Of a stretch of DNA of 64,000 nt, positions 25,108-35,268 are shown in pieces. A program made the position numbers and the translations under genes. The stretch is from an uncultured Planctomycetota bacterium (lineage in GTDB: Bacteria; Planctomycetota; Planctomycetia; Gemmatales; Gemmataceae). The first letter of the stretch is position 1. Each line of letters begins with the position of its first letter. The notes beneath the pieces are model-generated. The model was not told where the DNA came from. It saw nothing but the letters and a program-made list of their open reading frames with translations, and did not search any database. The DNA lies in assembly GCA_963849325.1 (NCBI GenBank), contig CAWKHF010000002.1, positions 352,001 to 416,000 of the forward strand. The letters are read 5' to 3'.

Positions 25108-26590
25108 CTAGAGGTCTTTCCACAATTCGGAATGCTCCGCCTTCGCGGTCGCCGACGGCTGGTTGGCCGCATCCTTGGCCGGCTTCCGCGCCCGCTCCTT
25201 CTTGCGGCGTTTGGGCGCGGGCGTCGCGTCCACGGCAACCGCGTCGTCCACGGGCTCCGGCGACGTCTGGTCCTCGCGCGGTTTGCGGCGCAGGTACAGC
25301 TTGATCGGCACGTCGTTGAAGTGCAGATGATCGCGGATCGTCTTGATGAGGATAGCGCTGATAGGTGTTGTCGAACAGTTCCGGCCCGTTGGTGAACAGG
25401 ACGATGGTAGGCGGGTTGGTGCCGACTTGCGTGGCGTAGTAGATCTTCGGGCGACGGTTCTGCCGTAGCGGCGGCGGCGAGGCGGTCAGCGCCTGACGCA
25501 GCGCGCGGTTGAGGTCGCCGGTGCCGACGCGGGCGCTGACCTGCTTGTACAGATGTTGGGCCAGGTTCAAGACGGTGTACACGTTCTTGCCCGACTTGGC
25601 CGTGAGGAAGGCAATCGGCACGAAATCCAGGCTCGGAAACGTCGCTCGGATGTACTGGCCCATCTTGCTGGTCGGCATCGGCACCATCAGATCCCATTTG
25701 TTGACGACGAAGATGGCCGGCTTGTGCTGCTGCAAAATGTAGTCGGCCAGCTGCTTGTCCACCTTGCTGATGCGCTGCGCGGATCGAAGAACAGCAGGAC
25801 CACGTCGGCGCGGCGGATGGAACGCTCGGCGCGAGCCAGGCTGTAAAACTCGATGTCGTTTTGCAGGCTCTTCTTCTTGCGCACGCCGGCCGTGTCGATG
25901 GCGAGGAAAGTCAGGCCGTCGCGCTCGAAGCGAACGTCGATACTGTCGCGCGTGGTGCCGGGCACCTCGCTGACGATGACGCGCTCGCTCTGGGCCACGC
26001 TGTTGATGAAGGTGCTCTTGCCGGTGTTGCGGCGGCCGACGATGGCCAGCTTCATGGCCACTTCTTTCGGTGCTGGCTCCGGCGTCTCCGCATCCGGCAG
26101 CCGTTCCTGGATCCGCTTCAGCAACTCGTCCCGATTGCGGTTCTGCTCGGCGCTGACGCAGACGACCTTGCCGAAGCCCAGTTTGTAGAACTCGGCCGCC
26201 TGCGGGTCGAGGGCGTCCGTGTCGCACTTGTTGGCCACGCACACGATCGGCTTGTTGATCTGCCGCAGCCTCCGGGCGACGTCCTCGTCCAGTCCCAGGA
26301 TGCCGGCCCGGCCATCGACGACGAACAGGATCACCTGCGCCTGGTCGATGGCCAATGCGATTTGCCGTTCGATCTGCTCGGTCAGATTGTCCACGTCGGC
26401 GATGCCCATACCGCCGGTGTCCATCAGTTCGACATAGCGCGAACCGAGCGGCAGGAGCGTGGAGACCCGGTCGCGCGTGACGCCGGCCGTGGGATCGACG
26501 ATGGCGATGCGTCGCCCGGCCAGGCCAGTTGAACAGCGACGATTTGCCCACGTTGGGCCGGCCGACGATGGCCACCACGGGTACAGTCAC
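25108..26590 (-). CDS. der: Ribosome biogenesis GTPase Der/EngA (several frameshifts)
   Basis: Two G domains: GRPNVGKS..DTGG..NKCD and GRRNTGKS..GTTRD..DTAG..NKWD, followed by a KH-like PPTIVLF region. Confidence 0.93.
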
Positions 26591-26848
26591 AACGCTCTCC
26601 TCGGGTATGACTTGCCCATCGTGTGGGCCGGGATGCGCGAAAACGAGGTCAAACAGACATTGTGGCAAACGAGGCCGCCTTCGCCAACCCCATCTAGGTG
26701 CCAGCGGCAGGAGAAATAATTGGCCGTTTCACACTCCGGGCGAAACTTTTTCGGGATACGCCGGTTGAATGCCTATCACGTGTGTTTCTGCCACGATGGG
26801 TTCGGGTGGATTTCCTCCGAGCGAATTGTCCCAAGCGAGTATCCTGTC

Positions 26849-27256
26849 ATGCGAATGTTGCATCTCGGATTGGCGTTGGCCATGCTGTTCGGCTGGACGG
26901 TCTCCGTCGAAGCGGCCAAGGGCAAGAAGGGTTCGCGTCCCGTCAATGGGGTCGTCACGGCCGTGTCGAACGCGGACAAGAACAGCGGCAACAGCGGCAC
27001 CATCACGGTCCAGGTTCAGCCGAACAAGAAAAAGAACCAGGCCGCCGCGCCTGCCGCCGTCGAGAAAACCTTCAACGTCACCAGCGCGACCACCTTCCAG
27101 CTCGTACAGCGCGTCAAGGGGCAGAAGGGGCAGACCGAGACGACTGCGGCCGCGTTGAAGGACGTGACCAAGGGCACGCACTTGCTCATCCAGGCTAACG
27201 GCGACACGGCCCAGGCGGTGAAGATTGTGGCTGGCAAGAAGAAGAAGAACAAATAA
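26849..27256 (+). CDS. Small basic secreted protein (predicted beta-rich domain)
   Basis: Signal peptide ending VEA; Lys-rich. Confidence 0.7.
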   Translation: MRMLHLGLALAMLFGWTVSVEAAKGKKGSRPVNGVVTAVSNADKNSGNSGTITVQVQPNKKKNQAAAPAAVEKTFNVTSATTFQLVQRVKGQKGQTETTAAALKDVTKGTHLLIQANGDTAQAVKIVAGKKKKNK

Positions 27257-27392
27257 CGCGGTACTTCTTTGCGGCGGCGGGGTTGAATCGGATGTAGAGC
27301 AGATGCTTCTGTTGTGGAACGAGAAGCGACATCCCGCCGTCAACCCTCGCGTTTCTCCTTCGCCCGCATTTTCGTTCGGAAAGGAGAGGGCC

Positions 27393-28240
27393 ATGTTGAT
27401 CCTTCGTGGTTCTCTGACCGTGGCTCTGGCCTTGGCCTTGGCCACCGCCGTCGTCGCCGCCCCCAACCGTTCGCTGTCCGCACGCCATCGCACGAATCGC
27501 TACACCATCGAGGGCACTGTCGTCCGCGTTCATCACCACCGCTCGCCGCGCAGTGCAGGGTGGATCGAGGTCCGCCGTCCCCAGCATCACCATTCCGCCG
27601 GTCGGAGCGGCACGTCGGCGGTCGCCGCCGCCGGCCGCAACCGCTCGGGGAGCCGTAGTCATGTGGTGAAGGTGCCGGTCAATTCCTCGACGCGCTTTCA
27701 GCGACGGGGCCGGAGTGTCAACGGCAATGCCATCGCCAGCACCCGGACGGCGCGTATCAGCTTCCACGCTCTGCGTACTGGCGAACGCGTTCGAATCATC
27801 CCCGGCTCCAGCCGGCGTCATGCCGCCCGCGTGGTCGAGATTATGCCGAACTCGTCGATCCGGTGCGGTATCGCCGCTCCTCCGCTACCGCAAACGGGTC
27901 GAACTACCGTCGGCGTCACGGATACCACCGAAACGCCCTCGTCGGCGGTTCCGTCCTGTCTCGTGCCGGCCGGCCGCAATCCACAAGGACGCTCCGCCGT
28001 AACGTGACGCGGACGATGGTGAGGAAGCCTGTGCGTCACACACTCATCGCGGGGCGGGCCACCCGGAAGGTGACGCAGCATCACCAACCCCATCCCGCCG
28101 GGCAGGCGCACACGGCCCAGATGGTGAAAAAGAACATCCACCAGGCGGCGGCCAAGCACGAGAAGGCCCACAAGCCGGCGCAGACCAAGCACACTCCTTC
28201 GGCCAAGCCGAAGCATCCGTCCGCGCATCGCAAGCGTTGA
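27393..28240 (+). CDS. Basic His/Arg-rich secreted protein (probable frameshift near 27860)
   Basis: AAGGAG RBS, signal peptide, N-domain similar in pattern to the upstream gene. Confidence 0.5.
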
Positions 28241-28399
28241 CGGTGCGTCAAAAATCCAACCACCCCCCACGCGGGGCCGGGACAAGGCACGCTGCCTCCC
28301 GGTCCCGCTCTCATTTGCGGGACGAGTCGAGCCTCTTGCGTTTGCCGTCGCTCCCTGCCAAAATGGCCGCTGTCTTTCAACAACCCGCACGCTTCCAGG

Positions 28400-29847
28400 A
28401 TGCGTCTTGTGTTGTCCGACCTGTCCGCCTATTGGCCGCACTTGACGGCGGCAACCGCGCTGGACGCGGTGCTCATCGTCATCTTCATCCCCTGGGTACT
28501 GCTGAGTAAGAAGGACGCCACGGCCACCGTGGCCTGGTGCCTCGTCGTCCTGCTCATGCCGCTCTTTGGCGCCTTGCTGTTCTGGGTGTTCGGTTACAAC
28601 TACCTGCTGCACCGGGTCCGCCATCAGCGCGACGAACACGGCGGCCATCGGCGGCACCACCCCAACGCAGCCGAGGCCGTGCCGCCGGCCGAGGGCCGAC
28701 AAGAGCACCATCTGGATGAGTTGGCCGAGCGCGTCGGGGCCTATCCCGCGCGGGCCGGCAACGCGGTGACGGTATATCACGACACCGAACACGCCTTCGA
28801 TGCACTGCTCGACGACGTCGCCGCGGCGCGTCGCTACATCCACCTGGAGTATTTCATCCTGCGCGCGGACGCGACCGGCGAGCGCCTGCTGGAATGTCTG
28901 AGCCGCAAGGCCAAGGAAGGCGTCGAGGTGCGCCTGCTGTTCGACGCGATGGGGAGCCTGCACCTGAAGCGCCGGGCGCTGCGGCGCTGCGCGAGGCGGG
29001 CGGCCAGACGGCCGCCTTCCTGCCGCTCAATCCCCTGCACTCGCTGATCCGCGTCAATCTGCGCAACCACCGCAAGATCACCGTCATCGACGGCCGAATC
29101 GGCTTCACCGGCGGCATGAACATCGGCGACGAGTATCTCGGCAAGAACCCGCGCCTGGGCTACTGGCGCGACTCGTTCGTTCGCCTGGAGGGACCGGCCG
29201 TCGGCGATTTGCAGCGTATCTTCGCCGAGGATTGGGAGTTCACGTGCCGCGAGCCCCTGGCCGAGGAGAAGTACGCTCCGCCGCAGCCGCCCGTCGGCGA
29301 CGTGGCCGTGCAGCTGGCCGACTCGGGACCGGACCAGGACGTCAACACGATCCGCGAAATCTACTTCCTCGCCATCGTCGCCGCTCGCCGCCGGCTGTGG
29401 ATCGCCAGCCCGTACCTGGTGCCGGACAACGGCCTGTTCGACGCCCTCCGCGCCGCCCGCTACCGCGGCGTCGATGTCCGCGTCCTGACGCTGCTGCGGC
29501 CGGACCACTACATCTCGTACTATGCAGGGCTGTATTACGGCGCGCAGCTGTTGGACTATGGCGTGCGTGTCTACCTCTATCGCAAGGGCATGATGCACGC
29601 CAAGCTGATGCTGGTGGACGATCACTGGGGCATGGTCGGCTCGGCCAACCTCGATTACCGCAGTTTGCACCTGAACTTCGAGGTCGGCTGCATGCTGCAC
29701 GATGCGTCGCAGGTGGCCCAGCTGGAGGACGCCTACCGGCGCGACCTCGACGATGCAGTCCCTCTCGACCGGCAGACGCTGGCGCAACGTACCCTGGCGT
29801 CGCGCACCCTGGAGAATGCTTGCCGGCTGTTCACGCCGGCCCTGTAA
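28400..29847 (+). CDS. cls: Cardiolipin synthase (frameshift near 28985)
   Basis: N-terminal TM pair; two HKD motifs, NHRKITVIDG and MHAKLMLVDD..GSANLD. Confidence 0.93.
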
Positions 29848-29878
29848 CCTTGGAAATCCCAAACCGGAAGGACGAGCG

Positions 29879-30613
29879 ATGAGCAGATTGACAGGCAAGA
29901 CGGTCCTGGTGACGGGCGGCGGCAGCGGCATCGGTTTGGCGTCGGCCCGCCTCCTTCTGGACGAGGGGGCGCACGTGGCCATCACCGGCCGCAACGAGGA
30001 GAAACTCCGCCGCGCCGGGCGGGAACTGGACGCCGGCGATCGGCTCCTCCATCGCGCCGCCGACGTTGCCGACGTGAGCCAGGTCCAAGCGCTCGTGGAG
30101 GACGTCACGCGCCGGTTCGGGCACATCGACATCCTGGTCAACAACGCCGGTCTAAACATCAAGGAGCGGAGCTTCCGCGAGCTGACGCCGGACAGCTGGC
30201 ACCGGCTGCTGGGAGCGAACCTGCACGGAGCGTTCTACTGCATGTATGCCGTGCTGCCGCAGATGCGTCAGCGGCGCGACGGGCTGATTATCAACATCAA
30301 TTCGATTTCCGGCAAGCGCTCCAATCCGCTGGGCGGCCTGGCCTACAACGCGGCCAAGTTCGGTCTGCGCGGCCTGGCGCTGGGGCTGGCGGCGGAGGAG
30401 AAGGACAACGGCATTCGTGTGTGCAGCATTTATCCGGGTGAGGTGAATACGCCGATCCTGGAGGCTCGACCGGCGCCGGTCAGTGAGGAGCGTCGCCGCG
30501 ACATGCTGCAACCGGAGGACGTGGCGGCGGCCGTGCTGCTCATCGCCACGCTGCCGCCACGCGCCAGCATTCCCGAGTTGGTCATCACGCCGGCCAACGC
30601 GGCCTACGTCTAA
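29879..30613 (+). CDS. SDR oxidoreductase
   Basis: TGGGSGIG, LVNNAG, YNAAK. Confidence 0.92.
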   Translation: MSRLTGKTVLVTGGGSGIGLASARLLLDEGAHVAITGRNEEKLRRAGRELDAGDRLLHRAADVADVSQVQALVEDVTRRFGHIDILVNNAGLNIKERSFRELTPDSWHRLLGANLHGAFYCMYAVLPQMRQRRDGLIININSISGKRSNPLGGLAYNAAKFGLRGLALGLAAEEKDNGIRVCSIYPGEVNTPILEARPAPVSEERRRDMLQPEDVAAAVLLIATLPPRASIPELVITPANAAYV

Positions 30614-30616
30614 CAG

Positions 30617-30706
30617 AGGGTTTAGGGTTTAGGGAAAGAGGTCCGGAGGGCAAGCGCCGGGTACTGCCGGCTGTATTTCACCCTAAACCCTAAACCCTAA
30701 ACCCTA
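30617..30706. repeat. Mirrored TTTAGGG / CCCTAAA tandem repeat between convergent genes
   Basis: agggtttagggtttaggg (30617-30634) ... ccctaaaccctaaaccctaaacccta (30681-30706). Confidence 0.9.
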
Positions 30707-31465
30707 TTTCGCTTCGCCCACGTCGAGGACGATGCAGGAGATGTTGTCGCGCGAGCCGGAGTCGAGGGCCAGCTGACCGAGGCCATCGGCGCATTCCTGG
30801 GCGATTTCCTTCTGCGCCATGAAATCGAGCAGCTGCTCGTCGGAGACGACGCCGCTGAGTCCGTCGGTGCAGAGCAGGAAGCGATCACCGGCCTGGACCT
30901 GCACGGCCTTGACCTCCGGACCTTCGCCGACCTCCGGCGAACCGAGGTACTTCCACAACACGTTGCGATAGCGATGCGTGCGCGCCTCGGCGGCGGAAAT
31001 GGTCTTGGCCTCGACCAGCGCCTGGGCGATGGAATGGTCGATGGTCAGCTGCTCGATCTTCTTGCCACGAACCTGGTAAGCTCGGCTGTCGCCCATGCCG
31101 GCGACGTAAAGGTTCGCGCTGCCCTTGCGCCATATGGCCACGACAATGGTCGTGCCCATGTTCTTCAGTTCGCGGTCGAGGGCGGCCATGGCCATGATTT
31201 CTTCGTTGGCCTGCACGATGGCGCGGCGGAGGATGGTGCGGGCCTCGTCGTTGCTGACGGCGCCGCTGAGGTATTTTTTCAGCTCGCGCGGCACGATCTC
31301 GATGGCCCGCTTGCTGGCGACCTCACCGGCCGCCTGACCGCCCATGCCGTCGGCCACCAGACACACCGTCATGTCCGGAAACGCCTTGACGTCGATGGAA
31401 TCTTCGTTGTTCTCGCGGTAGTTGCCCAGCAGCGTGGACTTGCCGATATTCAACGTCAGAGCCAT
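30704..31465 (-). CDS. PP2C-type Ser/Thr protein phosphatase
   Basis: RENNED, VADGMGG, MGTT, GDSRAY, LCTDGL, GSRDNIS. Confidence 0.95.
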   Translation of the reverse strand: MALTLNIGKSTLLGNYRENNEDSIDVKAFPDMTVCLVADGMGGQAAGEVASKRAIEIVPRELKKYLSGAVSNDEARTILRRAIVQANEEIMAMAALDRELKNMGTTIVVAIWRKGSANLYVAGMGDSRAYQVRGKKIEQLTIDHSIAQALVEAKTISAAEARTHRYRNVLWKYLGSPEVGEGPEVKAVQVQAGDRFLLCTDGLSGVVSDEQLLDFMAQKEIAQECADGLGQLALDSGSRDNISCIVLDVGEAK

Positions 31466-31701
31466 GGCCACCTCGTACTTGCCGCGGCGTCGAAGGGCAC
31501 GCGCCGACGCCGCCGGTCGAAAAGGGCCGACAAAGATAGGCTGTATCCGTTCCCGGGACGCTCGCCGAACGGCCGAACTCCCCGCGATCATCCTAACGGG
31601 TTCGCGTCCGTTTGCCAGTCTTTCTCCACCGGCCGGACCATCTTCCTAACTATACGTCCGTCCGCACGGGGGAGCAACTGATTCGGACGGCCCGCTCTTG
31701 C

Positions 31702-31731
31702 TTGACCGTCTTTGTCCGCCCCCTTTATAAT
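31702..31731 (+). promoter_or_regulatory. Putative sigma70 promoter for the DUF151-lpxA genes
   Basis: TTGACC-N18-TATAAT. Confidence 0.5.
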
Positions 31732-31835
31732 GCACGCGGATCGAGCCGGCGGCAAACCATCCAGGCGAAACGAATTTGCCCATTTCCGTTCGCGCCGCCG
31801 GAGGACGAGTTGGACCAGGGGAAAGAGAGGCTGCC

Positions 31836-32234
31836 GTGCCGGTGCAGATGGAGCTGAGGCGGATCATCATCAGCGAGATCCACGAACAGCAAGTCATCAT
31901 GCTCAAAGAGGTGGACGGCGAGCGCAGCTTTTCCATCATGATCGGCATTTTCGAGGCCACCAGCATCGACCGCCGCGTCAAGCACCTGCCGTCGCCGCGG
32001 CCGCTGACGCACGACCTGGTCGCCGGCGTCATCGAGAACATGGGCGGCGAACTGCGCGACATCTACATCAGCGAGCTGCGCGACCACACCTATTACGCCA
32101 AGCTGCGCATCCGCCTCAACGGCGAGATGGTCGATGTCGATTGCCGGCCCAGCGACGCCATCGCCCTGGCCGTCACCGCCAGCGTGCCCATCTACGTCGC
32201 CGAGGACGTGCTCGAGGAAGTGTGCGGCGAGTGA
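31836..32234 (+). CDS. Bifunctional nuclease (DUF151) family protein
   Basis: IMIGIFEA, RPLTHDL, DCRPSDAIALA, PIYV. Confidence 0.92.
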   Translation: MPVQMELRRIIISEIHEQQVIMLKEVDGERSFSIMIGIFEATSIDRRVKHLPSPRPLTHDLVAGVIENMGGELRDIYISELRDHTYYAKLRIRLNGEMVDVDCRPSDAIALAVTASVPIYVAEDVLEEVCGE

Positions 32235-32402
32235 CAACGGATTGTCGCACGCTCGCCCCGCCCGCCGGCCCTTCCCAGATTACCTCCGCGTCCCGGTCTC
32301 CACCCCGCGAGAAACTGCTCTGGCATCCGTCGGGCGGAACGCTTATAGGAGGATCGTCCCAGGCCGATGTGACCATCGCCGGAACGAAGACCGGGTGCCG
32401 CC

Positions 32403-33209
32403 ATGCCGATCGCACAGTCCGCCCGCATTCATCCCACGGCCGTGATCGCGCCGGAAGCCGACCTTGGCGACGACGTCCAGGTCGGCCCGCACGTGGTCGT
32501 TGAAGGGGAGGTCCGCGTCGGCGCCGGCTGCGTTCTGCGGCCGGGCGTCCACCTGATCGGCCCGCTGACAATGGGGTGTCACAACACCGTCTACAGCGGC
32601 GCCGTGCTCGGCGAGCAGCCGCAGCACCTCAAGTACGCCGGCGAGCCGACGCGGGTGGTAATCGGCGATCACAACATCATCCGCGAGCACGTTACCATCC
32701 ACCGCGGCACGACGCACTCGTGGGAGACACGCCTCGGCAGTCACAACTTCCTGATGGCCCACAGCCACGTCGCCCACGACTGCCGCATCGGCGACCGCTG
32801 CATCCTCGCCAACGGCGCCCTGATGGGCGGCCACTCCGTCCTGGAGGACAACGTCTACCTGTCGGGCAACTGCGCCATCCACCAGTTCTGCCGCGTCGGC
32901 CGCTTGGCCCTGCTCGGCGGCGTCTCGGCCAGCACCAAGGACATTCCACCCTTCATCATTCAGCACCGCCTGGACTGCGTCGTCGGCGTCAATGTGGTCG
33001 GCATGCGCCGGGCCGGCATTCCGCCGGCGAACATCGAGGCCGTCCGCCGCGCCTTCCGCATCCTCTATCGCAGCCACCTGGTCGTCCCCGCGGCCCTGGC
33101 GCGGATGGAACAGGAACTCGGACAGGTTCCCGAGGTGGCCGAGTTGGTCGCCTTCATCCGTGCCTCGTCGCGCGGCATCATCCTGCACACCGACCGCGCC
33201 GCCGCCTGA
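32403..33209 (+). CDS. lpxA: Acyl-ACP--UDP-N-acetylglucosamine O-acyltransferase
   Basis: IHPTAVI hexapeptide repeats, IREHVTIHRGT, SHVAHDC, HQFCRVG, GVNVVGMRRAG. Confidence 0.93.
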   Translation: MPIAQSARIHPTAVIAPEADLGDDVQVGPHVVVEGEVRVGAGCVLRPGVHLIGPLTMGCHNTVYSGAVLGEQPQHLKYAGEPTRVVIGDHNIIREHVTIHRGTTHSWETRLGSHNFLMAHSHVAHDCRIGDRCILANGALMGGHSVLEDNVYLSGNCAIHQFCRVGRLALLGGVSASTKDIPPFIIQHRLDCVVGVNVVGMRRAGIPPANIEAVRRAFRILYRSHLVVPAALARMEQELGQVPEVAELVAFIRASSRGIILHTDRAAA

Positions 33210-33219
33210 CGCGAAGAAC

Positions 33220-33238
33220 GCGAAGCCGCAAGCGGCCC
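33220..33238. repeat. REP-like family D single arm (GCGAAGCCGCAAGCGGCCC)
   Basis: Identical 19-mer at 51010-51028, where it forms an imperfect hairpin. Confidence 0.6.
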
Positions 33239-33242
33239 CACG

Positions 33243-33503
33243 CTATTTCCCTCCTTCCAGCTCCTTGACGACCTGCGCCACCAGTTCCGGCTTGTCCTGC
33301 TGCTGCAGATGATCGATGCGCGGCTGCGGCACACCGAGCTTCTGCATCGCGGCGACGATCCGCGTCCATACACCCTGGCGCTTCTTGCCCGTGCTCAGGT
33401 ACAGTTCGCCGACCATCTCCGCCAGGCGCTGGAGCTGAATCGTGTCCTGGTTATCGTAATAGCGCTTGATGATCTTCTGTTGATACGGCGTGAAATCGGC
33501 CAT
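33243..33503 (-). CDS. Small hypothetical protein (86 aa)
   Basis: MADFTPYQQKIIKRYYDNQD...; GGGAGG RBS. Confidence 0.75.
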   Translation of the reverse strand: MADFTPYQQKIIKRYYDNQDTIQLQRLAEMVGELYLSTGKKRQGVWTRIVAAMQKLGVPQPRIDHLQQQDKPELVAQVVKELEGGK

Positions 33504-33524
33504 AAGTCCCTCCCGAGAAGCGAA

Positions 33525-33581
33525 CCGAGCCGCGACCGTCAGGGAGCGGGGAGAGTACCGCTCCCTGACGGTCGCGGCTCG
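33525..33581. repeat. REP-like family A hairpin
   Basis: cgagccgcgaccgtcagggagcgg ... ccgctccctgacggtcgcggctcg. Confidence 0.92.
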
Positions 33582-33869
33582 ATTGGGTCCGCTCGCCTTT
33601 AGCGTGATGCAAGGCGACGATTCCGTCAAGGCGGATCGACTGGCGCGGGGCCGTTTCATTTTGGCGAAATGGCCGGCTGACGCACCACCGTTCCCCCTAG
33701 GGTTCGTCCTTGATCTCAAATACGCAGTCCTCGGTGGGATGGAGCGTCTCCTTCGGATCATGGCCGCGCAGGGCAACGGAAACTACAATGACGCCGGCGA
33801 ACATACCGGACGATCCACCGGCATCCCTTCACCTACCCTCACTCGTCCTCATCCTGGAGGAATTACTCT

Positions 33870-34295
33870 GTGCCTGTCGTGTCGATTCTGTTTGGCATCC
33901 TGCTGATTGGCCTGGGCGTCTGGGGCTATTGGGGGGGCGAGCTGGGATTGTGGGCGCCGCTGGGATTGGCCCCGCCGGAGCATCTCAGCCTCACGGCCCT
34001 GATCCCCGCCTACGTGGGAGCGGCCCTGGTTGTGCTGGGCCTGCTGGCCCTCAAGGCGAGCCTGCTCAAGCACGCCATGCACGTCGCCGCCATGATCGGC
34101 TTACTCGGCCTCCTCGCCGCCGGCGGGCGGCTCGTTTCCTCCCTGGCCTCCAAGGGCAGGGCGGAGGGCGTGAGCGGCGCCAGCCTGTCGCTGATGATGC
34201 TGCTCTGCGCGGTATTTCTCGCTCTGTGCGTTAACTCGTTCATCCAGGCTCGTCGTCGCCGTCGCGCCACCGCGACTGCCGCCCCGGCGCCCTGA
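33870..34295 (+). CDS. Small four-TM membrane protein
   Basis: GGAGG RBS, four hydrophobic segments, TALIPA..KHAMH..SFIQARR. Confidence 0.8.
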   Translation: MPVVSILFGILLIGLGVWGYWGGELGLWAPLGLAPPEHLSLTALIPAYVGAALVVLGLLALKASLLKHAMHVAAMIGLLGLLAAGGRLVSSLASKGRAEGVSGASLSLMMLLCAVFLALCVNSFIQARRRRRATATAAPAP

Positions 34296-34967
34296 CGAAC
34301 CGACGGGGACGAGCCAGGCGACTTCCTCCTCTTCCTCTCCGCGATGTTCCTCGTGCGACGGCGGGATGATGAATCCGGCCATCGCCACGGCGACGCCGAG
34401 TCCGGCGGCGACCATCCCGGCGAACCAGAAGGGACGGCCTTTGGTCAAGAGCGCGATCGAGCACAGGATCAGGGCCAACTCAATGCCCAGCTCGCCCAAG
34501 TCGAAGAAGTTCGCCCGATGGTGATGCCGGTGCGCTTCCTCGGCGTACTTCTGGATCTCCTGGCTCAGTTGATGGCCTTTCATTTCGAGCTTCTTGGCAT
34601 CCGCCTTCCACTTCCGGGCGTTATCCGTCCACTTGAGGACAGCTTGCTTCGCCTTGTCCTTCGTTGTGGACGAGCCACTGGCGTCGGCGGTGAGGGCGAA
34701 CTCGTCGGCCAGCCCCTCGGCCAGCAATTGCCGATTTTTCTTGGCCTGGTAGTAGGCGAAGACGTTGGCGCGCTCGGTGATGTTGTCGTTGGATTGAATC
34801 TGGTTTTGCAAAGTCCCATTGTGGGCACGGTGGCTGAGCATGGTGACGCTGGCCAGCAGCGCGGCCACGATGGCCATGGTCAGCGCCACGCGGCGGTCGA
34901 AGGGGTTGTGGACCGCATGCTGAGCGTGTTCGGCTTCTTCGAGATGGTGTTCGGGTCCGTGTGGCAT
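34290..34967 (-). CDS. DUF4337-like membrane protein (3' end uncertain)
   Basis: HHLEEAEHAQH, VALTMAIVAALLA, YYQAK, coiled coil, two C-terminal TMs. Confidence 0.7.
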
Positions 34968-35003
34968 ATTCGATGTCCGTGATCCAGGGGATGGCGAAAG
35001 GCT

Positions 35004-35059
35004 CCGAGCCGCGACCGTGAGGGAGTGGGATTCCCCCGCTCTCTCACGGTCGAGGCACC
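35004..35059. repeat. Degenerate REP-like family A hairpin
   Basis: ccgagccgcgaccgtgagggagtgg ... ccgctctctcacggtcgaggc. Confidence 0.75.
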
Positions 35060-35268
35060 GACGGATACCTTTCGTCCTGCGAGACTCCGTAAGAATCGAT
35101 TTCAATGTAGGAAGCAACGGACGAAAGGCCATTTTGCCATACTGCGAATTCCTTTCCCGAATCTCGTTGACAAACGAGACAAGCTGTCTTACCTTGTGCG
35201 AGGAATGCCCCATCTTCGGCGTGTCTGGCGGTTTCGGACGTGTCCACTCCCTGAATCGGAGACTGCAC

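Noticed and set aside
30617-30706. Plant telomere contamination or a chromosome end
   Set aside because: There are only 3-4 units per arm, embedded seamlessly between bacterial genes, and one unit provides a stop codon.
33590-33870. Riboswitch or ncRNA in long intergenic gaps (also 41780-42100 and 60710-61120)
   Set aside because: I recognised no conserved motif by eye; an Rfam/Infernal scan would be needed.
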